Notes under the pieces: model-generated | Seen by the model: the letters and a program-made list of their open reading frames with translations, nothing else | What the model was told of the DNA's origin: nothing | Database searches by the model: none | NCBI GenBank assembly: GCA_031370785.1 | Contig: JANMQY010000016.1 | Location: 69,711-133,710, forward strand | Direction of reading: 5' to 3' | Length of the DNA stretch: 64,000 nucleotides | Source: Candidatus Eiseniibacteriota bacterium | Lineage (GTDB): Bacteria > Eisenbacteria > RBG-16-71-46 | Made by a program: the position numbers and the translations under genes | Shown: positions 30,385-40,323 of the stretch, in pieces | Numbering within the stretch: the first letter of the stretch is position 1 | Layout: each line of letters starts with the position of its first letter

Positions 30385-31755
30385 TCAGGCGCCTCGCGCC
30401 AGCTCCTCGTACAGGTACGCCACGCTCTTCATGCCGCCGAAATAGGACGAGAGCGAGAACTTCTCGTTGGGCGCGTGCACCTGGTCGTCGTCGAGTCCGA
30501 ATCCCATCAGGATCGACGGCAGTCCATGCGTCTCCTGGAACGTGCTCATCACCGGAATCGACCCGCCCTCGCGCACCATCACCGCCGGCTTTGGCCACGC
30601 GCGCCCCAGCGCCCGCATCGCGGCCTGAAGCATCGGATGCCCCGGATCGGTCAGGTACGGCGCCGCGCTGTGCAGATCGATCACTTTCACGGTCACGCCC
30701 GGCGGAGCGACCTTCTTCACGTAGGCTTCGAAGCGCGGGAACAACTCGGCCGGATCCTGATCCGGAACCAGCCGCATGCTCACCTTGGCCGCTGCGAGCG
30801 AAGGCAGCACGGTCTTGCTGCCCTCCTCGATGTAACCGCTCCACATCCCGTTCACGTCCAGCGTCGGCCGGATCGAAACCCGCTCGGCGGTGGTGTAGCC
30901 GCGCTCGCCCCACGCCATCGGCGCGCCGGTCTCGGCAATGAAAGCCTTCTCATCGAGCTGTTCGCGATTGAGTCGTGCGCGTTCGTCCGCAGGCACGGTT
31001 CGAACCCGGTCGTAGAAGCCGGGCACGGTGATGCGCCCATCTCCGTCCTTGAGCGCGGTGATGATCACGCCCAGCGCGTTGGCGGGATTCTGCACCGCGC
31101 CGCCGAATGCACCCGAGTGAAGATCGTGCGAGGGTCCGGTCACTTCGATCTGCGTATACAGGATGCCGCGCAGCGCGTAGCACAGCGCCGGCTGATCCGG
31201 GCCCGGCATGCTGGTGTCGCTGACCACGATCACGTCGGCGTCGAGCATCGCGCGCTTCTCGCGCAGGAACTTCGCGAGATTCTCGCTGCCCACTTCCTCT
31301 TCGCCCTCGATCACGACCTTGAGGTTGATCGGCAGCGCCTTCGAAACCTTCATGTGCGCTTCGATCGCCTTCAGGTGCATGTACACCTGCCCCTTGTCGT
31401 CGACCGCGCCGCGCGCGAACAGCTTGCCGTCGCGCACCGTCGGCTCGAAGGGCGGCGTGGACCAGAGATTGAGCGGGTCCGCCGGCTGCACGTCGTAGTG
31501 TCCGTAGAGCAGCGCGGTGGGACGGCCCGGCGCACCGAGCCACTCGGCGTAGACGACGGGGTGGCCGGCGGTCGGCACCACGTCCGCGCGGGTCATGCCG
31601 AGGGCTTTCAGATCCTGCGCGACGTGTCGCGCGCAGCGCTCGACATCGGACTTGTGCTGCGGCTGCGCGCTCACGCTCGGAATGCGCAGCACCACCTTCA
31701 GATCGTCCACGAAGCGGTCACGATGCTCGTCCAGATATCGCGTGATCGGATCCAT
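30385..31755 (-). CDS. M20 family dipeptidase
   Basis: YGHYDVQP, RGAVDDKG, EGEEE, DLHSG, HAPNE. Confidence 0.93.
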   Translation of the reverse strand: MDPITRYLDEHRDRFVDDLKVVLRIPSVSAQPQHKSDVERCARHVAQDLKALGMTRADVVPTAGHPVVYAEWLGAPGRPTALLYGHYDVQPADPLNLWSTPPFEPTVRDGKLFARGAVDDKGQVYMHLKAIEAHMKVSKALPINLKVVIEGEEEVGSENLAKFLREKRAMLDADVIVVSDTSMPGPDQPALCYALRGILYTQIEVTGPSHDLHSGAFGGAVQNPANALGVIITALKDGDGRITVPGFYDRVRTVPADERARLNREQLDEKAFIAETGAPMAWGERGYTTAERVSIRPTLDVNGMWSGYIEEGSKTVLPSLAAAKVSMRLVPDQDPAELFPRFEAYVKKVAPPGVTVKVIDLHSAAPYLTDPGHPMLQAAMRALGRAWPKPAVMVREGGSIPVMSTFQETHGLPSILMGFGLDDDQVHAPNEKFSLSSYFGGMKSVAYLYEELARGA

Positions 31756-31888
31756 CGGGGGTCGCTCCCGGTCGGGACATCCAGCGTTCGATTGAGCGAA
31801 CGACTTTAGCACACCAACCTTCTTTACAGCGCCCGGGGATTCTGGAAGGATTCCGCTCCCTTAGTCCCCATCACCCCCTTGGAAAGCC

Positions 31889-32098
31889 ATGATCGTTCGA
31901 ATCCTTCGTGTTCAGTGCTGCGGCAATGCCCAGTGCGTCGAGATCGCGCCCGATGTCTTCGCGCTCGACTCGAAGCAGAAGGCGATCGTGCTGGATGGCG
32001 ACGCCGCGTCGCGCGAGAAGGTGCTGGAGGCGGCCGAGGCCTGCCCTTGCAGCGCGATCGTGGTCGAGAACGACGACGGGGAAGAGCAGTACGCGTGA
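31889..32098 (+). CDS. Single-cluster ferredoxin, probably [3Fe-4S]
   Basis: CCGNAQC...APDVF...AAEACP. Confidence 0.88.
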   Translation: MIVRILRVQCCGNAQCVEIAPDVFALDSKQKAIVLDGDAASREKVLEAAEACPCSAIVVENDDGEEQYA

Positions 32099-32493
32099 GC
32101 CTTCCGCCGCGCACGATCACCATTCAGCCCGGCCGGCTCGCGGTGTGCCGGCTCGATCCGGACGCTCCACTGCCGGCGTGGCTGTTCCATGCGGAGTCAC
32201 ATTTCCTGTCGCTGACCCGCACCAGCGAAGAAACGTCGATCGTGTGCCCGGAAGACGACCTGCCGCCTTCGCTGACGAAGGCCGAGCACGGGTGGCGTGC
32301 GCTCAAGCTCGAAGGGCCGATTCCGTTCGATGAAACCGGCGTTCTGGTCGGACTCGCATCGCCGCTCGCGGCGGCCGGTATCCCGCTGTTCGCGCTCTCG
32401 ACCTTCGATACCGACTACCTGCTGGTCCGCGAGCGCGATCTCGCGCGGGCGCGCGAGGCACTGAGCGCCCACTACGTGATCCGCGAAGCCTAG
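32095..32493 (+). CDS. ACT-domain protein (CASTOR/ACT_7-like)
   Basis: SLTRTSEETSIVC, GWRALK, LAAAGIPLFALSTFDTDYLLV; GTGA overlap with the ferredoxin stop. Confidence 0.85.
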   Translation: MSLPPRTITIQPGRLAVCRLDPDAPLPAWLFHAESHFLSLTRTSEETSIVCPEDDLPPSLTKAEHGWRALKLEGPIPFDETGVLVGLASPLAAAGIPLFALSTFDTDYLLVRERDLARAREALSAHYVIREA

Positions 32494-33854
32494 CCCGCCG
32501 CGAGCGGCCGGCCGGCGGCGCGATAGGCGTCCATTCCGCCGACGCCGTTCACGATCCGGGTGAAACCCGCGCGCTCGAGCACGCTGGTCGCGATGCTGCT
32601 GCGAAATCCGCTCGCGCACAGCACCACCCACTCCTCGTCGCGGTCGAGCTCGGCGATGCGTTTCGGCAGCTGCGAAAGCGGCACGTGGGTCGCATCCTCG
32701 AGATGGAACGCGCTCCATTCCGCCGAGCGTCTTACGTCGAGCACTCGCCGCTCCCCATGCGTCGCGCTCTCGGCAGGTTCCTGCAGCACCCGAGAGACCG
32801 GAAGGCCTGCGCTCTGCCAGGCGTCGATTCCGCCGTCGAGAATTCCCGCGATGTTCTCGTAGCCCACCCGCGCGAGCCGCATCACCGCCTCCTCTTCGCG
32901 CTCGGGAGCTGCGAGCAGCACCAGCCGGTCCTCGGGTCCCACCAGGGTTCCGACCCACGATGCGAACTGCCCATCGAGCGCAACGTGGAGCGCGTCCCGC
33001 GGATGGGCAGTCCCGTATTCGGCCGAGGGACGCGTGTCGATCAGCACCGCCCCGCGCGCGATCTCGTCCGCGCATGCGGCCGGCGCGAGCCGTGGCGGCA
33101 TGGGCCGCTCGGGGTCGAGACGCGGCCCGGTCCGGTTCAAGTCGCGCGAGTGGAGGAAGTAGGCCGGCGTCTCGGGCACGTCGCGGGTGATGTCCGCGAC
33201 GAACGCTTCGCGGCTCATCGGGCGAAGCGCGGGATTCATCGCGCGCTCGCGCCCAATCGTACTCCAGGTGTCTTTGCTGATACTTCGTCCGCACAGTGAG
33301 CCCGACCCGTGCGCCGGATAGACGCGGGTCTCGTCCGGCAGCGCGAGCAGCTTCGAGTGCACGCTGTCATACATCAGCCCGGCCAGCTCCGCGACCGGCA
33401 GGCGCGAGGAGAGAATGTCGACGCGGCCAACGTCGCCGACGAACAGCGTGTCTCCGGTGAGCACGCCCCATGGGCCTGAGTCGGTTTCCTTTTCGAACAC
33501 GAGAAGCGACACACTCTCCGGGGTGTGCCCGGGGGTTTCGAGCACGCGCAGGCGCACGCCACCGACGCGGATCTCGTCACCGTCTCGCAGCGCGCGGTGC
33601 GGGAACGTCGCCTCGGCCCGGGCACCGATGCCGACCATCGCGCCGGTGCGTCGCGCGAGCTCGAGATGTCCCGAGACGAAGTCGGCGTGAAGGTGGGTCT
33701 CGAGCACCGAGACGATGCGGAGGCCATGCGCCTCGGCCTCGTCGAGATACATCTGCACGTCGCGGGAAGGATCCACGACCACCGCCTCGCCGCGATCGCC
33801 GATCAGGTACGACGCGTGCGCGAGGCAACCCACGTAGAACTGGCGAAAGTGCAT
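32490..33854 (-). CDS. MBL-fold persulfide dioxygenase-like protein fused to two rhodanese domains
   Basis: ETHLHADF, TPGHTPE, TGDTLF, YPAHG; C-terminal rhodanese loop CASGFRS. Confidence 0.9.
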   Translation of the reverse strand: MHFRQFYVGCLAHASYLIGDRGEAVVVDPSRDVQMYLDEAEAHGLRIVSVLETHLHADFVSGHLELARRTGAMVGIGARAEATFPHRALRDGDEIRVGGVRLRVLETPGHTPESVSLLVFEKETDSGPWGVLTGDTLFVGDVGRVDILSSRLPVAELAGLMYDSVHSKLLALPDETRVYPAHGSGSLCGRSISKDTWSTIGRERAMNPALRPMSREAFVADITRDVPETPAYFLHSRDLNRTGPRLDPERPMPPRLAPAACADEIARGAVLIDTRPSAEYGTAHPRDALHVALDGQFASWVGTLVGPEDRLVLLAAPEREEEAVMRLARVGYENIAGILDGGIDAWQSAGLPVSRVLQEPAESATHGERRVLDVRRSAEWSAFHLEDATHVPLSQLPKRIAELDRDEEWVVLCASGFRSSIATSVLERAGFTRIVNGVGGMDAYRAAGRPLAAG

Positions 33855-33909
33855 GGCCTCCTCTATTGCTTCGCGGGCGGACCCACGCGAAGCGGCCGTA
33901 CTGCGAATC

Positions 33910-34971
33910 CTACCCGCCGCCGGTTGGAGCGGAGAGCCCCTTGCCGGTCTTGAGCTGCTCCATGATCGCCTCGAGCGCATCCTTCGACGGGCGCACCTGA
34001 TCGAGCGGCAGGCGCGCGAGCGGCGTCTGCGTGAGCTTCAGCTCCTCGGTGAACGGCTTCTTCGCCTCGTTCACGTAGAGCAGGCCGGTCACGAGCTTCT
34101 TTTCCTCGCGCGCTTCGTGAAGCGCGGTGAAGGCCGCTTCGCGGCTGGTCGGATCGTAGTCCGCGGCCAGCTTCTTGAGCACGATATGCGAGCCGTCGGG
34201 CATCTGGACCTCGCGAGTGGTGCCGGGCGCGTAGTCGACGTGGATGTCCTCGTAGTACGGCACGAAGTCGATCTCGTGCAGCGGCGCATCGAGCTGCTTG
34301 ACCGCGGCGTAGGATTTGGTCGAGCCCTCGTGATCCGCAAACGTCACGCACGGGCTGATCACGTCCAGCACCGCGGTGCCGGGATGCGCAAACGCCGCCT
34401 TGAGCAGCGGACGGAGCTGTTTCTGGTCGCCCGAGAACGAGCGGGCCACGAAGCCGCATCCCAGCTCGATCGCGATCGCGCAGCAGTCGATGGGCATCAG
34501 CTCGTTCACCGCGCCGCCCTTGGTGGTGCTGCCCACGTCGGCGGTCGCGCTGAACTGGCCCTTGGTCAGGCCGTACACGCCGTTGTTCTCGATGATGTAG
34601 ATCACCGGCACGTTGCGCCGCACCAGGTGGCAGAACTGGCCGAGCCCGATGCTCGCGGTGTCGCCGTCTCCCGAGACGCCGATCAGCAGCAGCTCGCGAT
34701 TCGCAAGGTGCACGCCGGTCGCGATACTGGGCATGCGCCCGTGCACCGCGTTGAAGCCGTGGGTGCGGCCGAGGAAGTAGGCCGGCGTCTTGCTCGAGCA
34801 GCCGATCCCCGACAGCTTGGCGACGCGGGACGGATCGAGACCGGCTTCGTAAGCGGCCTGGATGATGCCCCCCGTGATCGCGTTGTGTCCGCAACCGGGG
34901 CACAGCGTGGTCTTGCTTCCGTCGTAGTCGGCGCGGGTCAGGCCGATGCGATTGACCGCTTCGGTGCTCAT
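33910..34971 (-). CDS. 2-oxoacid:ferredoxin oxidoreductase beta subunit
   Basis: LCPGCGH, SGIGCS, HGR, GDGD...NNGVYGLTKGQ, SPCVTF; ATG overlaps the alpha stop. Confidence 0.95.
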   Translation of the reverse strand: MSTEAVNRIGLTRADYDGSKTTLCPGCGHNAITGGIIQAAYEAGLDPSRVAKLSGIGCSSKTPAYFLGRTHGFNAVHGRMPSIATGVHLANRELLLIGVSGDGDTASIGLGQFCHLVRRNVPVIYIIENNGVYGLTKGQFSATADVGSTTKGGAVNELMPIDCCAIAIELGCGFVARSFSGDQKQLRPLLKAAFAHPGTAVLDVISPCVTFADHEGSTKSYAAVKQLDAPLHEIDFVPYYEDIHVDYAPGTTREVQMPDGSHIVLKKLAADYDPTSREAAFTALHEAREEKKLVTGLLYVNEAKKPFTEELKLTQTPLARLPLDQVRPSKDALEAIMEQLKTGKGLSAPTGGG

Positions 34972-36797
34972 CGGGTCGCTCCTTCCACAGGGGCGGCCGG
35001 GGTCGCCGCGGCGCGCATCTCCTGCACCAGCACCGCGTCGGTCACGAACCGCGCGTCGATCGGCATGCCGGTGTAGTGGCGTACCGAATGAATCCGGGTC
35101 GCGTGCTCGGCGCATTCCAGGCGGATGAGATCCGCCATCTGGCCGTCGCGGTTCTGCTCGACGACGTAGACGCGCGGGTAGCGCTCGACGAAGCGTGCGA
35201 GATGCTCGGTGAACGGCAGCGCCTTGAGCAGCAGGTAGCCGGATCTCACTCCCGACTCGCGAAGCTGGTCGCGCGCCTCGATCATCGCCCAGTGCGTCGA
35301 GCCGAACGCAATCAGCCCGACCTCGGCGCCCGGATCTTCCTCGAGCACCGGCTGAGGCACGAGCCGGCGCGCGGTGTCCATCTTCCTGGCGAGGCGGTCC
35401 ATGTTGCGCGCGTACGCTTCGGGACTCTCGGTGTAGCGCGCTGCTTCGTCGTGGCCCGATCCGCGGGTGAAGTAGGTGCCCTTCGGATCCTTCGTGCCCG
35501 GAAGCGTGCGGAACGGGATTCCGTCGCCATCCACGTCGCGGTAGCGCTCGAACTTCGGAAGCTGCGCCAGATCCTCGTCGGTCAGCACCTTGCCCCGATC
35601 CCACGCCTTCGCGGGGTAGGGGAACGGATCGCTCATCCACATGTTCATGCCCAGATCGAGATCCGAAAGCACGAACACCGGCGTCTGCAGCCGTTCGGCG
35701 AGATCGAACGCCATCATGCCGAAGTCGTAGCAGTCGCGCACCGAGCACGGGAGCAACACCGGATGCTTCGTGTCGCCGTGCGACAGCCCGTGCACGAACG
35801 CGAGATCGGCCTGCGAGGTGCGCGTGGGCAAGCCGGTGCTCGGCCCGATGCGCTGGATGTCCCAGATTACCGCCGGGATCTCGGCGTAGTAGCCGTAGCC
35901 GGTGAACTCCGCCATCAGCGAGATGCCGGGGCCCGAGGTCGAGGTCATGGCGCGCGCGCCGGCCCAGCCGGCGCCGAGAACCATGCCGATCGCGGCGATC
36001 TCGTCCTCGGCCTGCACCACCGCGAACGTGGCCTCGCCGCTCGCCGGATCGCGGCGATGCCGCTCGAGGTAGCCGATCAGGGATTCGACCAGGCTCGAGG
36101 AGGGCGTGATCGGATACCAGGTCACGACGGTGACGCCGCCGAACATCGCGCCCAGCGCGCCCGCGGTGTTGCCCTCGATCAGGATCTTTCCCTGCGTCCT
36201 GTTCATGCGCTCGAGCCGGAACGGATCGCCCTTCGGCAGATGCTGGTGCGAGTACTCCCAGCCGGCGCGCACCGCGGCGTGATTGAGCGCGAGCGCCTTC
36301 GGCTTCCTGCCGAGCTGCGCGTCGAGCGCGCGCTCGACCTCCTCCTCGGCGATGCCGAGCTTCTCGGCCAGCACGCCGACGTAGATCATGTTGACCACGA
36401 GCCGGCGCAGGCGCACGTCGGTGGTGATCGGCTCCATGAGCTTCGGCATCGGCACCCGGTACACGATGCGGTCCTCGGCGATCGTCGGCACCTGGATCTG
36501 CTCGTTGACCACGATCACGCTGCCCGCCGGCATCGCGGCGATGTCCTCGGCCGCGGTCTCCGGATTCATCACGACCAGGATATCGTTGTGACCGCGGCGC
36601 GCGAGATAGCCGTCCCGGCTGACGCGGATGGTGAACCAGGTCGGCAGCCCGGCGATGTTCGAGGGGAACAGGTTCTTGCCGCTGACCGGAATGCCCATCT
36701 GGAAGATCGCGCGCAACAGCACGCTGTTCGCGGTCTGACTGCCCGAGCCGTTGACGGTCGCGACGTGGATGCTGAAATCGTTGGTTTTCGGATTCAC
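34968..36797 (-). CDS. 2-oxoacid:acceptor oxidoreductase alpha subunit (gamma-alpha fusion)
   Basis: NGSGSQ, YPITPSS, QAEDEIAA, TSGPG, GPSTGLPT. Confidence 0.95.
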   Translation of the reverse strand: MNPKTNDFSIHVATVNGSGSQTANSVLLRAIFQMGIPVSGKNLFPSNIAGLPTWFTIRVSRDGYLARRGHNDILVVMNPETAAEDIAAMPAGSVIVVNEQIQVPTIAEDRIVYRVPMPKLMEPITTDVRLRRLVVNMIYVGVLAEKLGIAEEEVERALDAQLGRKPKALALNHAAVRAGWEYSHQHLPKGDPFRLERMNRTQGKILIEGNTAGALGAMFGGVTVVTWYPITPSSSLVESLIGYLERHRRDPASGEATFAVVQAEDEIAAIGMVLGAGWAGARAMTSTSGPGISLMAEFTGYGYYAEIPAVIWDIQRIGPSTGLPTRTSQADLAFVHGLSHGDTKHPVLLPCSVRDCYDFGMMAFDLAERLQTPVFVLSDLDLGMNMWMSDPFPYPAKAWDRGKVLTDEDLAQLPKFERYRDVDGDGIPFRTLPGTKDPKGTYFTRGSGHDEAARYTESPEAYARNMDRLARKMDTARRLVPQPVLEEDPGAEVGLIAFGSTHWAMIEARDQLRESGVRSGYLLLKALPFTEHLARFVERYPRVYVVEQNRDGQMADLIRLECAEHATRIHSVRHYTGMPIDARFVTDAVLVQEMRAAATPAAPVEGATR

Positions 36798-36836
36798 GTA
36801 TGTCGATCGGGCCCCTGGGCCCGCTCCTTCACGGAT

Positions 36837-37853
36837 CTAGGTATAGAGCTCGCCCATGGTGACGCGCGATGGTTTCCGGACGTAGATGTAAGCCGAGTTC
36901 GCGGCCACGCAGCCTTCGCTCGAGGCGGTGAGCAGCAGCTTGTACTTGCCTTCGTAGGTCACGATGTCGCCGCACGCAAAGATCCCTTCGACGGAAGTGT
37001 GCATGCGACCATCCACTTTGATCTGGTTGCCTTCCACTTCGATTCCCCACTGTTTCACCGCGTCGAGGTTGACCGCGGCCCCGATGTTCACGACCAGATA
37101 GTCGCACGGGACGCGCAGCGGCTCGCTCTGCCCCTTGGTCTGCGCGACCACCGCCCTGAGCCTGCCGTTCTCGATCTCGAGCGCCTTGACCCGGGTATTG
37201 AAGTGGCGCGGGATCTCCATCTGATTGACCAGATCGATGTTGCTCTCCATCCCGGTGAATCGATCGAGCACCTGCAGCAGGGTGACCCGGGCCCCGGCCT
37301 GGTGCGCGCTTTGCGCGCTTTCGAGGCCCGAATCGCCTCCACCCACCACCACCACGTCGAGACCCTTCACCTTCGCCTTGTCCGGCATGCGATAGGTGAG
37401 CATGTCCTCGCCGAGCGTCTCCTCGAGCGGCACCTTCAACCGGCGCGGCTCGAACGCGCCGCCGCCGATCGCAACGATCACGCAGCGGCCCCGATGCCGC
37501 AGCTCTTCCCCGCTCACCACGTCGCGCGCGGCCAGCTCGAAGCCCTCCTGCGCGGCGAGCCGGGTGAGCCCGGTGACCTTCTGATGCTCCACCATCTCGA
37601 CCTCGAGCGCGCGGGCGTGGGCGGTCAGCGTTCCCGCCAGATCGCCAGCGATGACGTGATGGTAGCCGGGCCAGTCGTGCACCGGCTTGTCGCCGTAGAG
37701 CGAGACCAGCTGCCCGCCGAGCCGGCCCGCGTCGAGAACGCGGACGCTCATCTTGCGCATCCGGCAGTACATCCCGGCGGTCAGGCCGGCCGGGCCGCCG
37801 CCGATGATCAGGACCTCGTGCAACCCACCTCCCTGAAGTGCCGACCGGCTCAC
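36837..37853 (-). CDS. Thioredoxin-reductase-fold flavoprotein, probably ferredoxin-NADP+ reductase
   Basis: IIGGGPAGL, GGQL..LY..K, VVGGGDSG, IFACGD, Y.GK.KL; no CxxC; TTG 37823 is an alternative start. Confidence 0.8.
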   Translation of the reverse strand: MSRSALQGGGLHEVLIIGGGPAGLTAGMYCRMRKMSVRVLDAGRLGGQLVSLYGDKPVHDWPGYHHVIAGDLAGTLTAHARALEVEMVEHQKVTGLTRLAAQEGFELAARDVVSGEELRHRGRCVIVAIGGGAFEPRRLKVPLEETLGEDMLTYRMPDKAKVKGLDVVVVGGGDSGLESAQSAHQAGARVTLLQVLDRFTGMESNIDLVNQMEIPRHFNTRVKALEIENGRLRAVVAQTKGQSEPLRVPCDYLVVNIGAAVNLDAVKQWGIEVEGNQIKVDGRMHTSVEGIFACGDIVTYEGKYKLLLTASSEGCVAANSAYIYVRKPSRVTMGELYT

Positions 37854-37933
37854 GGGCGGAGCGGGTGCAGGTTCCGGCTCTCCTGGCTGGGGCCTTGGGG
37901 AGCGCAGGGCAAAGCCGATGGAAAGAGGCTCGA

Positions 37934-37962
37934 ACGTTAAGCGGGACGCGCGGAACGGTCAA
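37934..37962 (-). promoter_or_regulatory. sigma70-type promoter of the FNR/oxidoreductase operon
   Basis: TTGACC-17 nt-TAACGT. Confidence 0.6.
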
Positions 37963-37995
37963 GCCGGAGCGGGCGCCGAAATGGGCCGCGGCGGC

Positions 37996-38024
37996 TTGAC
38001 CGCACCCGTGCGCGCGTCTAGCGT
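37996..38024 (+). promoter_or_regulatory. sigma70-type promoter giving a probably leaderless mRNA
   Basis: TTGACC-17 nt-TAGCGT ends 6 nt before ATG 38031; no SD. Confidence 0.6.
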
Positions 38025-38030
38025 CCCACC

Positions 38031-38798
38031 ATGCTCACGCATGGTGAACTGCGCATCGAGCCCTGCCCTGAGACTCTCGCCCAGGCTCGGCAGTGGCTCG
38101 CGCCGGTGCGCGCCGCGCTCGGTTCCGACTTCCTCGCCGCCTACCTCACCGGCAGCGTTCTCACCCAGTCGTTCGACGCGAAGCAGTCGCGGATCAATCT
38201 GCTGGTGGTCGCGCGCACGCTCGACACCGACGTGCTCGAGCGCATCGCCCCCGCGTGCCAGGCTTCCGCGGCTGCGAAGGACGCGAATGCGGGGATCGAT
38301 CCGCTGTTCCTCAGCCGGCGCCAGGTCGAGCATTCGATCGACGTGTTTCCGATCGAGTGGCTGGAGATCCACGAGCGGCACCTGCTGCTCGAGGGCGAGG
38401 ACCTGGTCGCGGCTCTCGAGGTGCCGGCCGGCTTCCTCAGGCTGCAATGCGAGCACGAGCTGCGCGGCAAGCACATCCGGCTGCGCCAGACCTACCTGCT
38501 CGCACACGACCGGCCCGAAGAGCTGGAGCGCGTGGTGCGCGGCAGCGCGAGCGGATTCGCGACCCTGTTTCGGACCCTGCTGCGTCTGCGCGGCGAGACC
38601 CCGCCCGGTGATTCGGCGAAGGTGATCCAGCGCCTCGCCGACGTCTACGGCCTCGACGCCACCGGCGTGCTCGGACCCCAACTCATGCGCTACAGCCCCC
38701 GCCGCTACAAGAGCGAGGAGATCCTGGCCCTCTACCGGAAATTCCTCGTCGAGATGGACCGACTGGTCAACGCGATCGACGAGATGCACGTCTCATGA
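38031..38798 (+). CDS. Nucleotidyltransferase-fold protein with a degenerate motif
   Basis: YLTGS-x10-SRINLLVV resembles the pol-beta GS...DxD motif; DVFPIE; LRLQCEHELR. Confidence 0.65.
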   Translation: MLTHGELRIEPCPETLAQARQWLAPVRAALGSDFLAAYLTGSVLTQSFDAKQSRINLLVVARTLDTDVLERIAPACQASAAAKDANAGIDPLFLSRRQVEHSIDVFPIEWLEIHERHLLLEGEDLVAALEVPAGFLRLQCEHELRGKHIRLRQTYLLAHDRPEELERVVRGSASGFATLFRTLLRLRGETPPGDSAKVIQRLADVYGLDATGVLGPQLMRYSPRRYKSEEILALYRKFLVEMDRLVNAIDEMHVS

Positions 38799-39595
38799 GC
38801 GCCCGGCGCGCACTCGCGCGCCTCCTCTTACCTCTGGAACTGGCGCTGTTCCTGGCCGCGGCATCCGCCGCGCGCGCACAGGAGCCGGCCATCCCTCCTC
38901 CGGTCGGGTTCGTCAACGATCTCGCGGGCGTCATCGACGAGGGCGCGCGCGCCAGGCTCGAGAGCTTTCTCGATCAGCTGAAGCAGAAGACCGGCGCGGA
39001 ATTCGCCGTGCTCACGGTCAAGAGCACCGCCCCGCTCGACCCATCCGACTACAAGGTGCGCGTGTTCGAGAGCTGGAAGCTCGGGAAAAACGGCGAGGAC
39101 AACGGCCTGCTCATGCTGGTCGCGGTCGACGAGCATCAGGTGCGCTTCGAGACCGGCTACGGGCTGGAAGGCACGCTTCCGGATGGGCTCGAGTCCCGCA
39201 TCGTTCGCGAGAAGATGGTGCCGCTCCTGCGTCAGGGCGACTACACCGGCGCGATCACCGCGGGTGTGCTGGCCTGCGCGGCGCGGATCGCGGCCGAGAA
39301 GGGCGTGAAGCTCGAGTGGAACGGGCAGGAGCTGCGCTATGACCGCAGCAGCGAGCGCGGCATGCCGCCGGCGGCGGTCGCGATGCTGGTGTTCTTCGCG
39401 ATCGTCATGCTCGTGCTGCGCGCGGCCGGGATGGGTGGCCGGCGCAGGCGCGGATGGTACGTGGGCCCGGGCGGATGGGGCGGCGGACTCGGAGGCGGAT
39501 TCGGAGGCGGTTTTGGCGGCGGCGGCGGGGGCGGGGGATTCGGCGGATTCGGAGGCGGCTCGAGCGGCGGAGGCGGTGGCGGAGGAAGCTGGTAA
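38795..39595 (+). CDS. TPM domain membrane protein with a Gly-rich tail
   Basis: VNDLAGVI, DNGLLMLVA, ETGYGLEGTLPD, ...GGGSSGGGGGGGSW. Confidence 0.92.
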   Translation: MSARRALARLLLPLELALFLAAASAARAQEPAIPPPVGFVNDLAGVIDEGARARLESFLDQLKQKTGAEFAVLTVKSTAPLDPSDYKVRVFESWKLGKNGEDNGLLMLVAVDEHQVRFETGYGLEGTLPDGLESRIVREKMVPLLRQGDYTGAITAGVLACAARIAAEKGVKLEWNGQELRYDRSSERGMPPAAVAMLVFFAIVMLVLRAAGMGGRRRRGWYVGPGGWGGGLGGGFGGGFGGGGGGGGFGGFGGGSSGGGGGGGSW

Positions 39596-39638
39596 TGTGC
39601 GCGCCGCGCAGCTCGCGGCGCCCTGAAAGGAGAAGGGA

Positions 39639-40232
39639 ATGAAGCGTGGAGGTCTGGTTGCACTGGCGGTGGTGGCGCTCCTGTTGCTCGTCGTCGGCGG
39701 GTGCGTGGTGGGCAACTACAATCGGCTGGTCACCGCGAACGAGTCGGTGAAGCAGCGCTGGGCGCAGGTGGACAACCAGCTGCAGCGGCGAAACGACCTG
39801 ATCGGAAACCTGGTCGAGACCGTCAAAGGGACCGCTTCCCAGGAACAGGCGGTCTTCGGAGCGATCGCCGAGGCGCGTGCGCGCATGGCCGGAGCGAAGA
39901 CGCCCCAGGAAGGGATCGCCGCCGGACAGGCGATGGACACCGCGCTCGGACGGTTGCTGGTGGTCGTCGAGAACTACCCGCAGCTCAAGAGCAACGAGGC
40001 CTTCGTCCAGCTGATGGACGAGCTGGCCGGCACCGAGAATCGCCTGGCCACCGAACGCATGCGCTACAACCAGGAAGTGCAGAGCTACAACGTGCTGGTG
40101 AAGCGCTTCCCGACCAATCTGTTCGCATCGGCCTTCGGCTACAAGGAAGCGCCTTACTACCAGATCCCCGAAGGGGCGCGTGCGGTGCCCAGGGTGGATT
40201 TCGGCGGGATCAAGCCGGGGGCGACCAGGTAG
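39639..40232 (+). CDS. lemA: LemA family protein
   Basis: YNRLV, QLQRRNDLIGNLVETVKG, ENYPQLKSN, ELAGTENR. Confidence 0.95.
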   Translation: MKRGGLVALAVVALLLLVVGGCVVGNYNRLVTANESVKQRWAQVDNQLQRRNDLIGNLVETVKGTASQEQAVFGAIAEARARMAGAKTPQEGIAAGQAMDTALGRLLVVVENYPQLKSNEAFVQLMDELAGTENRLATERMRYNQEVQSYNVLVKRFPTNLFASAFGYKEAPYYQIPEGARAVPRVDFGGIKPGATR

Positions 40233-40323
40233 CGGATACGCTCGAGCGTGCATCAACGCGGCGGGGCGCTCCTCGTTCGAGGGGCGCCCCGCTTCGCATC
40301 CTTCCGGAATCCGATCGATCCCG

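Noticed and set aside
39470..39590. GGCGGATTCGGA-type repeats
   Set aside because: Encode the ordinary Gly-rich tail of TPM proteins
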